Shown here piece by piece: positions 1 through 7,421 of a DNA stretch of 64,000 nucleotides. Where the stretch lies: sequence record OR805294.1. One strand, 5' to 3'. Each line of letters starts with the position of its first letter. Within the stretch, counting starts at the first letter, position 1. The notes under the pieces are model-generated. The model did no database searches. It was not told the origin of the DNA and worked only from the letters and a program-made list of their open reading frames with translations. The position numbers were made by a program, and so were the translations under genes.

Positions 1-422
1 ACATCGGCACCCTGCGCATCGTGCGCACCGCTAACAAAGAGGTCGGAAGTGTGCTCGACCTAAAAGTTAACGGGGTAGTAGTAGGGCAAGCTTTCCCGCT
101 CTACAGCACAAAAACCCAGCGTAGCTGGAACGCAAGCATGCACGCTACCGTTAACGGTGTAGAGGTGCAGTTTGCACAGGAAGGCGTGTTCAGTGCAATC
201 CGCATTGCACGGGCGTTCGAGGATGCAGTAAAGTATGCCGTTAGCAACGGCGAACAAGGGCAACCCCTCCCCGCCCCGGCGGCGGCAGAAGCGCAAGCAG
301 AAGCGCAAGCAGAAGCCCCGGCGGCGCAGTCCGACGAGGCGCCGGAGACCCCGGCAGCCGAAGCTAAGCCCGCCCGCAAAGGCGGCAGCAAAGGCGGCAG
401 CAAAGGCGGCAGCAAAAAGTAA
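1..422 (+). CDS. Early hypothetical protein, 5'-truncated at the window edge; paralogue of 6828..7265; Ala/Glu/Pro linker and (KGGS)3KK tail
   Basis: Frame is open from position 3 (IGTLRIVRT...). Shares TKTQRxW and GVFSAIRIARA with 6828..7265. GC-rich codons. 12-bp repeat AAAGGCGGCAGC x3 at 378-413. Confidence 0.85.
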   Translation, partial: IGTLRIVRTANKEVGSVLDLKVNGVVVGQAFPLYSTKTQRSWNASMHATVNGVEVQFAQEGVFSAIRIARAFEDAVKYAVSNGEQGQPLPAPAAAEAQAEAQAEAPAAQSDEAPETPAAEAKPARKGGSKGGSKGGSKK

Positions 423-435
423 GCGCTGCTAACAC

Positions 436-464
436 AGGAAAGGGGCAACTGCCCCTTTCCTTTT
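436..464 (+). terminator. Intrinsic terminator
   Basis: AGGAAAGGGGC-AACT-GCCCCTTTCCT followed by TTT, just after the stop codon. Confidence 0.85.
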
Positions 465-474
465 ATGTCCTAGT

Positions 475-501
475 TGTAAACGCAAATTAATCTTATTTGC
501 A
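475..501. promoter_or_regulatory. 27-bp Fur-box-like palindrome
   Basis: TGTAAACGCAAAT-T-AATCTTATTTGCA. Confidence 0.65.
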
Positions 502-522
502 TTTGCACAAGTCAATCTCCGG

Positions 523-550
523 TTGCATTACTGCGGTAAGATGTTAGTAT
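523..550 (+). promoter_or_regulatory. sigma70-type early promoter
   Basis: TTGCAT-16-TAGTAT with extended -10 TG; GGAG RBS and ATG577 follow. Confidence 0.7.
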
Positions 551-576
551 ATATGTAGCTATACGGAGTAATTGCT

Positions 577-807
577 ATGAAGCGCAAGTACCTAAAGGCA
601 CAGTTCGAGCATGTCAGTGCCGGGCGAGTTGCAAAAGAACTCGACGAGAAGTTCAATTTCGTTGTAGGCGATAATGTACACTACTGGGCCATCTTCGAAA
701 CTAATGTCAAACCCGAAGTTCTACAAAAGGCAATTCATGACATGAACGGTGGTGCTTACTGCCATGCATATTCTATTCCGTATGAGGATGTAGAGGAGTA
801 TCTCTAA
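577..807 (+). CDS. Small early hypothetical protein (76 aa)
   Basis: Promoter and GGAG RBS upstream. Confidence 0.8.
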   Translation: MKRKYLKAQFEHVSAGRVAKELDEKFNFVVGDNVHYWAIFETNVKPEVLQKAIHDMNGGAYCHAYSIPYEDVEEYL

Positions 808-1021
808 TGCTCTACTATCGCGATGTTTATGCAGGTGTTTGCTGTTAAACTTGTATAGCCGGCACCAGGTCGCATATAACACGCCTAGCCCCATGCAAAC
901 TGCGGACATGATCCATTCACGCCTGCAGCGTATGTTCGAAGAATTCGGTTGCAAGCCCGATGGTTGCTCTGCTAGCATGTACGAGGATAAGACGCACATC
1001 ACATTAGCCTGGAGCAAGTAA
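807..1021 (+). pseudogene. Small hypothetical gene, probably with a 1-nt frameshift (or sequencing error) near 837-840
   Basis: ATG807 is coupled to the upstream TAA and has an AGGAG RBS, but stops after 13 aa. One extra T in GTTTG would join it to the 839..1021 frame (71 aa). Confidence 0.45.
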
Positions 1022-1312
1022 ATGGATATGTCGATTGTGAACAAGCGCTTCGAGAAAGAACTAGCGCTGTTTAATGTCGAAGTTCTCGGTAAGCGCACAG
1101 TGAATCATATAACGAAACCGAACATCGAAGTTTCGTTCAAACTAAAGGGTCATACTACTGAAAAAGAGATGACCACTGTTACTCAGCTCGCACGTCCCAT
1201 TATGGAGTATGTAAGCGGACGTAGGGTGGTCTGGGCACATACCGGTCTTTGGCGCTCAATGAAAGACGACCTCGAAGTAGCAGTGCTGACAATGAAGTTA
1301 TCCAAACAATAA
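1022..1312 (+). CDS. Small early hypothetical protein (96 aa)
   Basis: GGAG RBS; terminator follows the stop. Confidence 0.8.
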   Translation: MDMSIVNKRFEKELALFNVEVLGKRTVNHITKPNIEVSFKLKGHTTEKEMTTVTQLARPIMEYVSGRRVVWAHTGLWRSMKDDLEVAVLTMKLSKQ

Positions 1313-1314
1313 GA

Positions 1315-1427
1315 GAAAGGGGCAACTGCCCCTTTCCTTTTATGTCCTAGTTGTAAATGCAAATTAATCTTATTTGCATTTGCACAAGTCAATCTCCTGT
1401 TGCATTACTGCGGTAAGATGTTAGTAT
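1315..1427 (+). repeat. 113-bp intergenic cassette, copy 2 (palindrome at 1352-1378, promoter TTGCAT...TAGTAT)
   Basis: 111/113 identical to 438..550. Confidence 0.95.
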
Positions 1428-1467
1428 GTGTTTAGCAGTAACACATAACTAGCAGGAGCAATAGACA

Positions 1468-1716
1468 ATGGCTAAAGTATTGCATGTTAACAGCATCGGC
1501 AACATCGCCGAAGTGTTTACATCTGTAGACCTCGACAGCGCCTTGTTGCACGCAATCAAGCGCTGTGCATTGATGGGCAAGGTTAAGGTTGTTGGTCCCA
1601 ACGCTCCCGTGTTTGCTAGCCATTACGACGCACTGAGAGCGTACGACGTGCAGTGGCGCCTAGTTCCTCCGGGCTGCGGCGTTACTTTGTACGTCATCGC
1701 CGAGGACAACAACTAA
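1468..1716 (+). CDS. Small early hypothetical protein (82 aa)
   Basis: CAGGAG RBS after the cassette promoter. Confidence 0.8.
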   Translation: MAKVLHVNSIGNIAEVFTSVDLDSALLHAIKRCALMGKVKVVGPNAPVFASHYDALRAYDVQWRLVPPGCGVTLYVIAEDNN

Positions 1717-1727
1717 GGAGAGACATA

Positions 1728-2030
1728 ATGAATCTCGTTCATCTGTGGATCAACGGGCGTGCTGTGACTGCCCGCAAGGTTGTCAGTAAACACACTGTCC
1801 GCAATCCGAACAGTCCGATCGATATCGAGACTATCGACGTTGTTCGACTGCGTCTGCCCCGTGGTGTTCGTGCTAGCAGTTGGACACTCCGTAAGGCAGT
1901 GTACCAGCTCATGGAGCAAAGCTGTAGCTGCTCGAGAGACTGTTGTGGACACTGGTTCGGCGGTGCACGCAAGATCTACATTAACGGCAGAGACATCAGT
2001 GTCGTTGCCGGGTACCAGCGCAATTACTAA
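1728..2030 (+). CDS. Small Cys-rich hypothetical protein (100 aa, CSCSRDCCGHWFG)
   Basis: TAAGGAG RBS places the start at 1728 rather than 1653. Confidence 0.8.
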   Translation: MNLVHLWINGRAVTARKVVSKHTVRNPNSPIDIETIDVVRLRLPRGVRASSWTLRKAVYQLMEQSCSCSRDCCGHWFGGARKIYINGRDISVVAGYQRNY

Positions 2031-2060
2031 AGGAAAAGGGGCAACTGCCCCTTTCCTTTT
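2031..2060 (+). terminator. Intrinsic terminator (same GGGGCAACTGCCCC family)
   Basis: AAAGGGGC-AACT-GCCCCTTTCCTTTT. Confidence 0.85.
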
Positions 2061-2071
2061 ATCCATTAATG

Positions 2072-2144
2072 TGTAAACGCGAATAATTCTTATTTGCACA
2101 GGTCATTGAGATGCGAATGCAAACAAGAGGCATTCTTGATACGG
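2072..2144. promoter_or_regulatory. Two Fur-box-like palindromes (2072-2098, 2118-2144)
   Basis: TGTAAACGCGAAT-A-ATTCTTATTTGCA and TGCAAACAAGAGG-C-ATTCTTGATACGG. Confidence 0.6.
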
Positions 2145-2179
2145 TCGGGTGATAAGAATTGTTCACAAAAAGAAAAAGC

Positions 2180-2207
2180 TTGCGTTATGCTACACAGGTG
2201 CTAGTAT
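2180..2207 (+). promoter_or_regulatory. sigma70-type early promoter
   Basis: TTGCGT-16-TAGTAT with TGn. Confidence 0.65.
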
Positions 2208-2249
2208 GTGTATTGCAGTATCTATAAACATTAATAGCAGGATAAGAAA

Positions 2250-2570
2250 ATGGTTGACTTTAAAGGTTTTAACTGGGACGCACTAGTCCCAGTGGACAAC
2301 GTTTCTACAGTTTCCATTAAAAATCACTACGAGGAACTCCTACAAAGTTTTGTTGACAACGGCATAGACTATGTGTTAGTCCGGCTGTCCCAGGAACTGC
2401 CGCACTACGAGGATTCAGATTATCCCTGCTACAAATTGGTTGACAAGTATGCAGGATGGATAGTAGGTTGGGACTACTACGGATTTGTTGTGGAACGCAT
2501 GGACACGCACCTTTTCTTTGACAACTGCACTGCAAAGGGTGTAATGGACTTCCTGGAAGCCAACGGCTAG
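2250..2570 (+). CDS. Small acidic hypothetical protein (106 aa)
   Basis: CAGGA RBS, promoter upstream, terminator downstream. Confidence 0.8.
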   Translation: MVDFKGFNWDALVPVDNVSTVSIKNHYEELLQSFVDNGIDYVLVRLSQELPHYEDSDYPCYKLVDKYAGWIVGWDYYGFVVERMDTHLFFDNCTAKGVMDFLEANG

Positions 2571-2574
2571 CACA

Positions 2575-2604
2575 AAAAGGAAGGGGCGCAAGCCCTTTTC
2601 TTTT
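2575..2604 (+). terminator. Intrinsic terminator
   Basis: GGAAGGGGC-GCAA-GCCCTTTTC followed by TTTT. Confidence 0.75.
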
Positions 2605-2618
2605 GTCTGCAATTTCTG

Positions 2619-2645
2619 TGCAAATAAGACGCATTCTTGATTAGG
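2619..2645. promoter_or_regulatory. Fur-box-like palindrome
   Basis: TGCAAATAAGACG-C-ATTCTTGATTAGG. Confidence 0.55.
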
Positions 2646-2764
2646 CCTGATAATAAGTTCTTATTAACAACAAAGAAACTGAATAAGAATAATTCTGAAA
2701 AAATAACCCTGCAGCGTAATAAAAAGGGTTTGCAAATTGCAAGCCCTTTTTAATATGCGTTTGT

Positions 2765-2824
2765 TAAGATTAATTCTTATTTGTAATGATAATATTCCCG
2801 CCTTACAAATAAGAATTAATCTTA
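2765..2824. repeat. Perfect 22-bp inverted repeat with 16-bp spacer, built from two motif half-sites
   Basis: TAAGATTAATTCTTATTTGTAA (2765-2786) / TTACAAATAAGAATTAATCTTA (2803-2824). Confidence 0.9.
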
Positions 2825-2913
2825 GAACAAATATTCACTTGATTTTTCTCCTAACATAGTGTATGTGTATGCTGGATAAGATTAAGTCTTGTTTGCTTGT
2901 TACATTTTATATG

Positions 2914-2942
2914 TTGCAATGCTAAGGCAATGACACTATTAT
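2914..2942 (+). promoter_or_regulatory. sigma70-type promoter
   Basis: TTGCAA-17-TATTAT. Confidence 0.65.
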
Positions 2943-2973
2943 ATGTACAGCAACACAAAACAGGAGATATAAC

Positions 2974-3279
2974 ATGTCAGCAGAATTGAAGCGGTTGTTA
3001 GAGATTTTTCCAACCTTTAAATCATTCATTTATGCTGAAGGGGCATATGGCATTGATGTTTGGAAGGCTACGGGTAGTGTTACTTTGGAACAGGTATTCA
3101 ATGCTGTTAATGCAGGCAATGCAGAATGGCAATGTAAAGGTGATCCAACATGCAGCCTGGAACAAAACAGCATGTATATTTTCATTACTATTCAGGAACC
3201 AGACTACACAGGAATGGTTGACATTGATGTTTGTGTAAAGATTACTAACGGTAATGAAGTAAGTTATCAAATAGCATAA
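2974..3279 (+). CDS. Small hypothetical protein (101 aa)
   Basis: CAGGAG RBS; terminator follows. Confidence 0.8.
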   Translation: MSAELKRLLEIFPTFKSFIYAEGAYGIDVWKATGSVTLEQVFNAVNAGNAEWQCKGDPTCSLEQNSMYIFITIQEPDYTGMVDIDVCVKITNGNEVSYQIA

Positions 3280-3280
3280 T

Positions 3281-3312
3281 AAAGGAAAGGGGATTAATTC
3301 CCCTTTCCTTTT
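3281..3312 (+). terminator. Intrinsic terminator
   Basis: AAAGGAAAGGGGA-TTAAT-TCCCCTTTCCTTT followed by T. Confidence 0.85.
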
Positions 3313-3326
3313 ATGTATAATATACT

Positions 3327-3379
3327 TATAAATAAGAATTAATTTTATTTAATTAAAATTAGAATAATTCTTATTTGCA
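3327..3379. promoter_or_regulatory. Two adjacent Fur-box-like palindromes
   Basis: TATAAATAAGAAT-T-AATTTTATTTAAT and TTAAAATTAGAAT-A-ATTCTTATTTGCA. Confidence 0.6.
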
Positions 3380-3497
3380 CGATCCCGCACTTATAACACA
3401 AGTATATTACAAAAGCAAGAATAAAATTAACTTGACACACATATATAGAATATAGCACAATGTGTTTATAAATTATATTACTACAGGAGCGTTAACC

Positions 3498-3869
3498 ATG
3501 TTCAAATGCAAATTGTTTGTAGTAGATCCTGTTTATAACAACCTTTGCTACACTCAACAAATATGGCTCGAAAGTGACGTAAATGTGTGTAGTCAAATAA
3601 AGCGTATTATTTCTAACGCAGAATTGGCATGCGCAAATAGGATAGTAAATAATCCTCATAGTCCACTATGCGTTAAATCGGCAGCATTAAAAATGGTTAT
3701 GGACGGGCGCATTGACATCGAACTCAAAGATGTCGATAGTTACGTCGATCAATATAAAGACATTCTCCCTAGCACAAATATTTTGGGTGTTTTTAAACCG
3801 ACGTTTTTATCTAACTGGAAAGAAGAGTGTGAACTTTATTTCCTTACTTGTGTTGAAAAAGACAATTAA
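3498..3869 (+). CDS. Hypothetical protein (123 aa)
   Basis: CAGGAG RBS places the start at 3498; TTGACA at 3432. Confidence 0.75.
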   Translation: MFKCKLFVVDPVYNNLCYTQQIWLESDVNVCSQIKRIISNAELACANRIVNNPHSPLCVKSAALKMVMDGRIDIELKDVDSYVDQYKDILPSTNILGVFKPTFLSNWKEECELYFLTCVEKDN

Positions 3870-3875
3870 TATAAT

Positions 3876-4163
3876 ATGGAAGATGATTTAAAAAATATTG
3901 TTTCGAAGACTATCTTATCTAATAAAATTAAGATAGTCTCTTTACGTACTGTAGTAAAAGCTCAGTATAAAAGAGTAGACTTCCATTATAAGATAGAATG
4001 TGAAAATAGTTCTGCAAAACGTAATTTGGCACTTGCCCGTATATGCAAACCATTAGAACACACATTAGGTTCAAAACTTGTTTATGTAGATATTGTGCCT
4101 ATCAAGTTTAAGAAAGATGAAATGCCATCTACTATTCTATCAGTAAGTGTAATGACCGATTGA
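3876..4163 (+). CDS. Hypothetical protein (95 aa), possible distant paralogue of 1022..1312
   Basis: ORF directly after the previous gene. Confidence 0.7.
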   Translation: MEDDLKNIVSKTILSNKIKIVSLRTVVKAQYKRVDFHYKIECENSSAKRNLALARICKPLEHTLGSKLVYVDIVPIKFKKDEMPSTILSVSVMTD

Positions 4164-4210
4164 TAATTGGATTTGATAATTGGATTTGATAATTGGATTT
4201 GATATTTGGA
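4161..4210. repeat. 13-bp tandem repeat TGATAATTGGATT x3 plus one degenerate copy
   Basis: Read directly; each unit contains GATAAT and the array abuts the palindrome at 4209-4235. Confidence 0.95.
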
Positions 4211-4235
4211 AATATAATAATAATTCTTATTTGCA
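4209..4235. promoter_or_regulatory. Fur-box-like palindrome
   Basis: GAAATATAATAAT-A-ATTCTTATTTGCA. Confidence 0.6.
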
Positions 4236-4281
4236 ATTATAATAAATTCTTGTTTACTTTTAAAATAAAAGCAAATTCTAG

Positions 4282-4310
4282 TTGCATAGCTAGCGGCAAT
4301 GTGCTAGTAT
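4282..4310 (+). promoter_or_regulatory. sigma70-type promoter
   Basis: TTGCAT-17-TAGTAT with TGn. Confidence 0.75.
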
Positions 4311-4339
4311 ATTAAAAAATAAAGACAGGAGTGTTATTC

Positions 4340-4522
4340 ATGCAAACCAAAGCAACCGAGTTGGCAGTAGGCGATGTTGTTTTCTACAATGGCATGAAAA
4401 TGACTATCCAGAAAATTTCTAAAGGTCGGTGTGCAATAGATATTACACTAGTAAATACTTTGGCTAAACTCACATCTTATGTGACAGTCGACTACGACGA
4501 AGAATTTGAAGAAGTATTATAA
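4340..4522 (+). CDS. Small hypothetical protein (60 aa), possibly SH3/KOW-like beta protein
   Basis: CAGGAG RBS gives ATG4340; ELAVGDVV motif. Confidence 0.75.
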   Translation: MQTKATELAVGDVVFYNGMKMTIQKISKGRCAIDITLVNTLAKLTSYVTVDYDEEFEEVL

Positions 4523-4539
4523 TGCAGAAATTATAGTCA

Positions 4540-4568
4540 TAAGAAAAGGGGCAATGCCCCTTTTCTTA
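4540..4568. terminator. Bidirectional terminator
   Basis: TAAGAAAAGGGGC-AAT-GCCCCTTTTCTTA between convergent genes. Confidence 0.85.
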
Positions 4569-4805
4569 TAGTCCCAACAAATGCTTGCCACTTTTGACTT
4601 GCATCATACGTACTTTCTTTTTGCGCATTTGCGTTCTTACGTTCAGGCTGTTGGGACCTTTGAAGCTATACAGTATTTCAGTAGTCCCGTCTTCATAGTT
4701 GCGTACCACATTTGCAACAATTTGACTGCCTTCCTGGAACGCTTCGATAAACACGCAGTAATTGAAATTTTCCTTGTTAGCGTTATGTGCGCGTAGTTGC
4801 ATCAT
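4566..4805 (-). CDS. Small hypothetical protein (79 aa)
   Basis: Minus-strand CAGGAG RBS, promoter at 4844-4871, ends in the bidirectional terminator. Confidence 0.75.
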   Translation of the reverse strand: MMQLRAHNANKENFNYCVFIEAFQEGSQIVANVVRNYEDGTTEILYSFKGPNSLNVRTQMRKKKVRMMQVKSGKHLLGL

Positions 4806-4843
4806 TTTCTGTTACTCCTGCGTTGTTTTGCTTTGTTATGTGT

Positions 4844-4871
4844 AGTATACGCTATGTGTGTACTAATGCAA
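4844..4871 (-). promoter_or_regulatory. sigma70-type promoter
   Basis: TTGCAT-16-TATACT on the minus strand. Confidence 0.65.
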
Positions 4872-4949
4872 GAATTTTCTTCCATTTTCTTTCAAATAAA
4901 ATGTTATTAGCATCTATTCTGTTATAACATTTTCTATGACTTCGTGTTT

Positions 4950-4976
4950 TGCAAATAAGAATTAATCGCATTTGCA
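4950..4976. promoter_or_regulatory. Fur-box-like palindrome
   Basis: TGCAAATAAGAAT-T-AATCGCATTTGCA. Confidence 0.65.
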
Positions 4977-5158
4977 TTCCTACCTATCTGCCTAAAATTT
5001 AGGCAGCCTGGGTGATTGTCTCCCCCGCCCTATTACTGGTCTCTGTATAAAGATAATAGCATATTTGCATCTGCATGCAAGCATTTTTTGTAGAATTTTC
5101 CTCTTGACATTCCTTGCTGTAGGCTACATTATGCACACACAAAGCAGGAGATACCATT

Positions 5159-5539
5159 ATGGCACTCATAGCATTAGTCGCAACTGCATATGACAAAGAA
5201 GGCGATAAGTTCGACTATGTTCGATATCTTAAAGCTCATATCAATTTTGTGTCTGCTCAAGATCAACTGAAAGAATGGATCAAAAACAAAATTGATGCAA
5301 GTATAGCAGAAGTTAAAATCGGATTACGTGCAGAAATCGAAGTATTGGCCTATTTGGGAAACTATATAAGCCATAGTCACCGGATTATTAGTCCCGCCGG
5401 AATCATTATGTACATTGTTCTTGATGAGAAGTATGTTAACGAACTTCACGGTCAAATTTCTAATGCAATTGATTGTGAAGAAAAGAAACATGTAATAAAG
5501 AAAGAAGAAAACGTCACTTATATTGATTTTAAAAAATAA
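5159..5539 (+). CDS. Hypothetical protein (126 aa)
   Basis: TTGACA-17-CATTAT promoter from 5104; CAGGAG RBS. Confidence 0.8.
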   Translation: MALIALVATAYDKEGDKFDYVRYLKAHINFVSAQDQLKEWIKNKIDASIAEVKIGLRAEIEVLAYLGNYISHSHRIISPAGIIMYIVLDEKYVNELHGQISNAIDCEEKKHVIKKEENVTYIDFKK

Positions 5540-5540
5540 C

Positions 5541-5569
5541 TTGCATTAGCTGTAACGTATATGTATTAT
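5541..5569 (+). promoter_or_regulatory. sigma70-type promoter for a candidate sRNA
   Basis: TTGCAT-17-TATTAT. Confidence 0.65.
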
Positions 5570-5574
5570 GTACT

Positions 5575-5733
5575 CAAGTTTGCAGCAAGACGTATTAATT
5601 TGTTTTGCTGTTAGTTGTAACTCCTGCTACCAAGTATGTGTCGAGCTAATGCTCCTGACTTGGTCTTTGGTACACTGGTTTGGGTGTACCGTTCTTGAGC
5701 TGCAAAGGGCTTGCCCGGAGCAGCTTTTTTTTT
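5575..5733 (+). ncRNA. Candidate ~155-nt structured small RNA
   Basis: Promoter upstream, several hairpins, GC-rich 3' stem plus T9 tract, no RBS-led ORF. Confidence 0.55.
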
Positions 5734-5813
5734 GACCAATATTATTCATTTGACAAAAAATAATAATTAAAAATATAATAGCTTATTATATAACTTCTCA
5801 TATTAGGTTAATT

Positions 5814-6185
5814 ATGAAACTTATTATTGCTTCAATTGCATTGTCTTTGTCCACACTAGTTTCTGCAGAATCTATTTCTGAAGTTAAGATAACTAAAGAA
5901 ACATGCCTTACACTTCTGGAATTATCTAAGATTCATGTTGATATGGTAGTAAATGAACATATGAATGCAATACAAATTGCATCTCATATGGATATTGTAT
6001 CTAATTTATATAAGAATAATAATAGTAAATGGCTTGCATTCTTGCAGGCTCAAGCAAATATTTCAAAATTAATTGATGACGTATATGAGTTTTCATCTAC
6101 TGAAGAAAGAAAGATTATTCCTCTAGCCATATTTAACGGTTGTATGGAAAGAGTTGGTAATACTTTTGAAATATATAAGAAATAA
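5814..6185 (+). CDS. Putative exported protein with signal peptide (123 aa)
   Basis: MKLIIASIALSLSTLVSA-E signal pattern; TTGACA-18-TATAAT at 5750-5779. Confidence 0.75.
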   Translation: MKLIIASIALSLSTLVSAESISEVKITKETCLTLLELSKIHVDMVVNEHMNAIQIASHMDIVSNLYKNNNSKWLAFLQAQANISKLIDDVYEFSSTEERKIIPLAIFNGCMERVGNTFEIYKK

Positions 6186-6186
6186 T

Positions 6187-6495
6187 ATGTATAATGTATA
6201 TGTAGTCCACGGAATAATCAACACAGGTGTTGAGACTAATATATGTGATATAGAACGTTACGTTGCAAGTAACGACTTCTATGCTGTAGCAAAGTTTCTT
6301 AATTTTAAAGAACATATGGTACCAAACACACGATTAATTGTTTCTGGATTAAATACTAAAAAGAACATATTAGAATTGGAATTAAATTTATCGAAAAAAG
6401 AATATGTAGTATCAGGTTTTAGAGTTACATCACCTGATATAAACAAATGTATTGAATATTACCTGTGTAGAAGGATATTTAAGTTACATGATTGA
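6187..6495 (+). CDS. Hypothetical protein (102 aa)
   Basis: ATG just after the upstream stop. Confidence 0.65.
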   Translation: MYNVYVVHGIINTGVETNICDIERYVASNDFYAVAKFLNFKEHMVPNTRLIVSGLNTKKNILELELNLSKKEYVVSGFRVTSPDINKCIEYYLCRRIFKLHD

Positions 6496-6634
6496 ATTTA
6501 TATTAAAATCCCTTTTATTAACTTCAATTGTCAGTGTTGGCATACTACTGATATTCATTATTATTTCATTGTTAATGTTTGGCTTAGCACCGATAGTTCC
6601 ATTCCTTATTTAATTTTAATTATTTGCAAGCAAA

Positions 6635-6661
6635 TGCAAATGCGAATAATTCTTATTATCC
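6635..6661. promoter_or_regulatory. Fur-box-like palindrome
   Basis: TGCAAATGCGAAT-A-ATTCTTATTATCC. Confidence 0.6.
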
Positions 6662-6827
6662 AGCAGGCCACTGTACCTAATCTTCGTTAGATAAAATCTA
6701 TTAGAATCTACAAAGTCCATTAAAACGTTCAATTGTACATGGTGGCCAGATCTGCATATACTACACACATGAAGCAAGCAAACAGCGCTTCATAAACAAA
6801 CCCAAATACAGCTAGGAGTTCCAAATC

Positions 6828-7265
6828 ATGACCAAAGCAACCGTTACCGTCGAGCAATCCGCAATCAAACTGGTCCGCCGCAACCTGGAAGGGCACCGGC
6901 AGGCCCTGCTGCTGAACGGCGTCGAAGTAGGCAGCAGCGAAGCGTTCTACAAGACCAAAACCCAGCGCACCTGGTCGGCGAAGATCGACGCCAACATCAA
7001 CGGCAAGGACATCGTCCTCGAACAGAAAGGCGTGTTCAGCGCGATCCGGATCGCCCGGGCGATGGAACAAGCAATCCTGTTCATCCTGACCGACGGCAAA
7101 GAAGGCGCCGAGATGCCGGCCAGCACGCTGAGCAAGGAAGAGCAAGCCCACAACCTGGTCAAGGCAGTAGTCCAGGTCGCCGACCACGCAGTCCAGTCCG
7201 GCGACGCTGCCCCGGCGAAGAAAGGCAGCTCGAAGAAGCGCAAAGAAGCCCAGCCGGAAGCATAA
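6828..7265 (+). CDS. Early hypothetical protein (145 aa), paralogue of 1..422, basic C-tail
   Basis: TAGGAG RBS, GC-rich host-like codons, shared motifs, GAAA-loop terminator downstream. Confidence 0.9.
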   Translation: MTKATVTVEQSAIKLVRRNLEGHRQALLLNGVEVGSSEAFYKTKTQRTWSAKIDANINGKDIVLEQKGVFSAIRIARAMEQAILFILTDGKEGAEMPASTLSKEEQAHNLVKAVVQVADHAVQSGDAAPAKKGSSKKRKEAQPEA

Positions 7266-7278
7266 TCCGGACTACACC

Positions 7279-7304
7279 GAGAAAGCACCGAAAGGTGCTT
7301 TCTC
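7279..7304 (+). terminator. Intrinsic terminator
   Basis: GAGAAAGCACC-GAAA-GGTGCTTTCTC. Confidence 0.85.
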
Positions 7305-7310
7305 TATGAC

Positions 7311-7370
7311 TGTTAATAACAAATATTCTTATTTGCATCTATTCTGACATAATAATAACTCTTATTTACA
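7311..7370. promoter_or_regulatory. Two Fur-box-like palindromes (7311-7337, 7344-7370)
   Basis: TGTTAATAACAAA-T-ATTCTTATTTGCA and CTGACATAATAAT-A-ACTCTTATTTACA. Confidence 0.55.
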
Positions 7371-7421
7371 AATCATACTGAATAGTGTATTTTACACACT
7401 AAACATTGTAGGTAATATAAA

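Larger units (their letters stand above)
438..550 (+). repeat. 113-bp intergenic cassette, copy 1 (terminator + palindromic operator + promoter)
   Basis: Matches 1315..1427 except at 2 positions. Confidence 0.95.

Noticed and set aside
4898-4933. AAAATGTTAT/ATAACATTTT inverted repeat resembling Zur half-sites
   Set aside because: The 16-bp spacer is incompatible with the 1-nt-spaced Zur box; single occurrence in AT-rich DNA.
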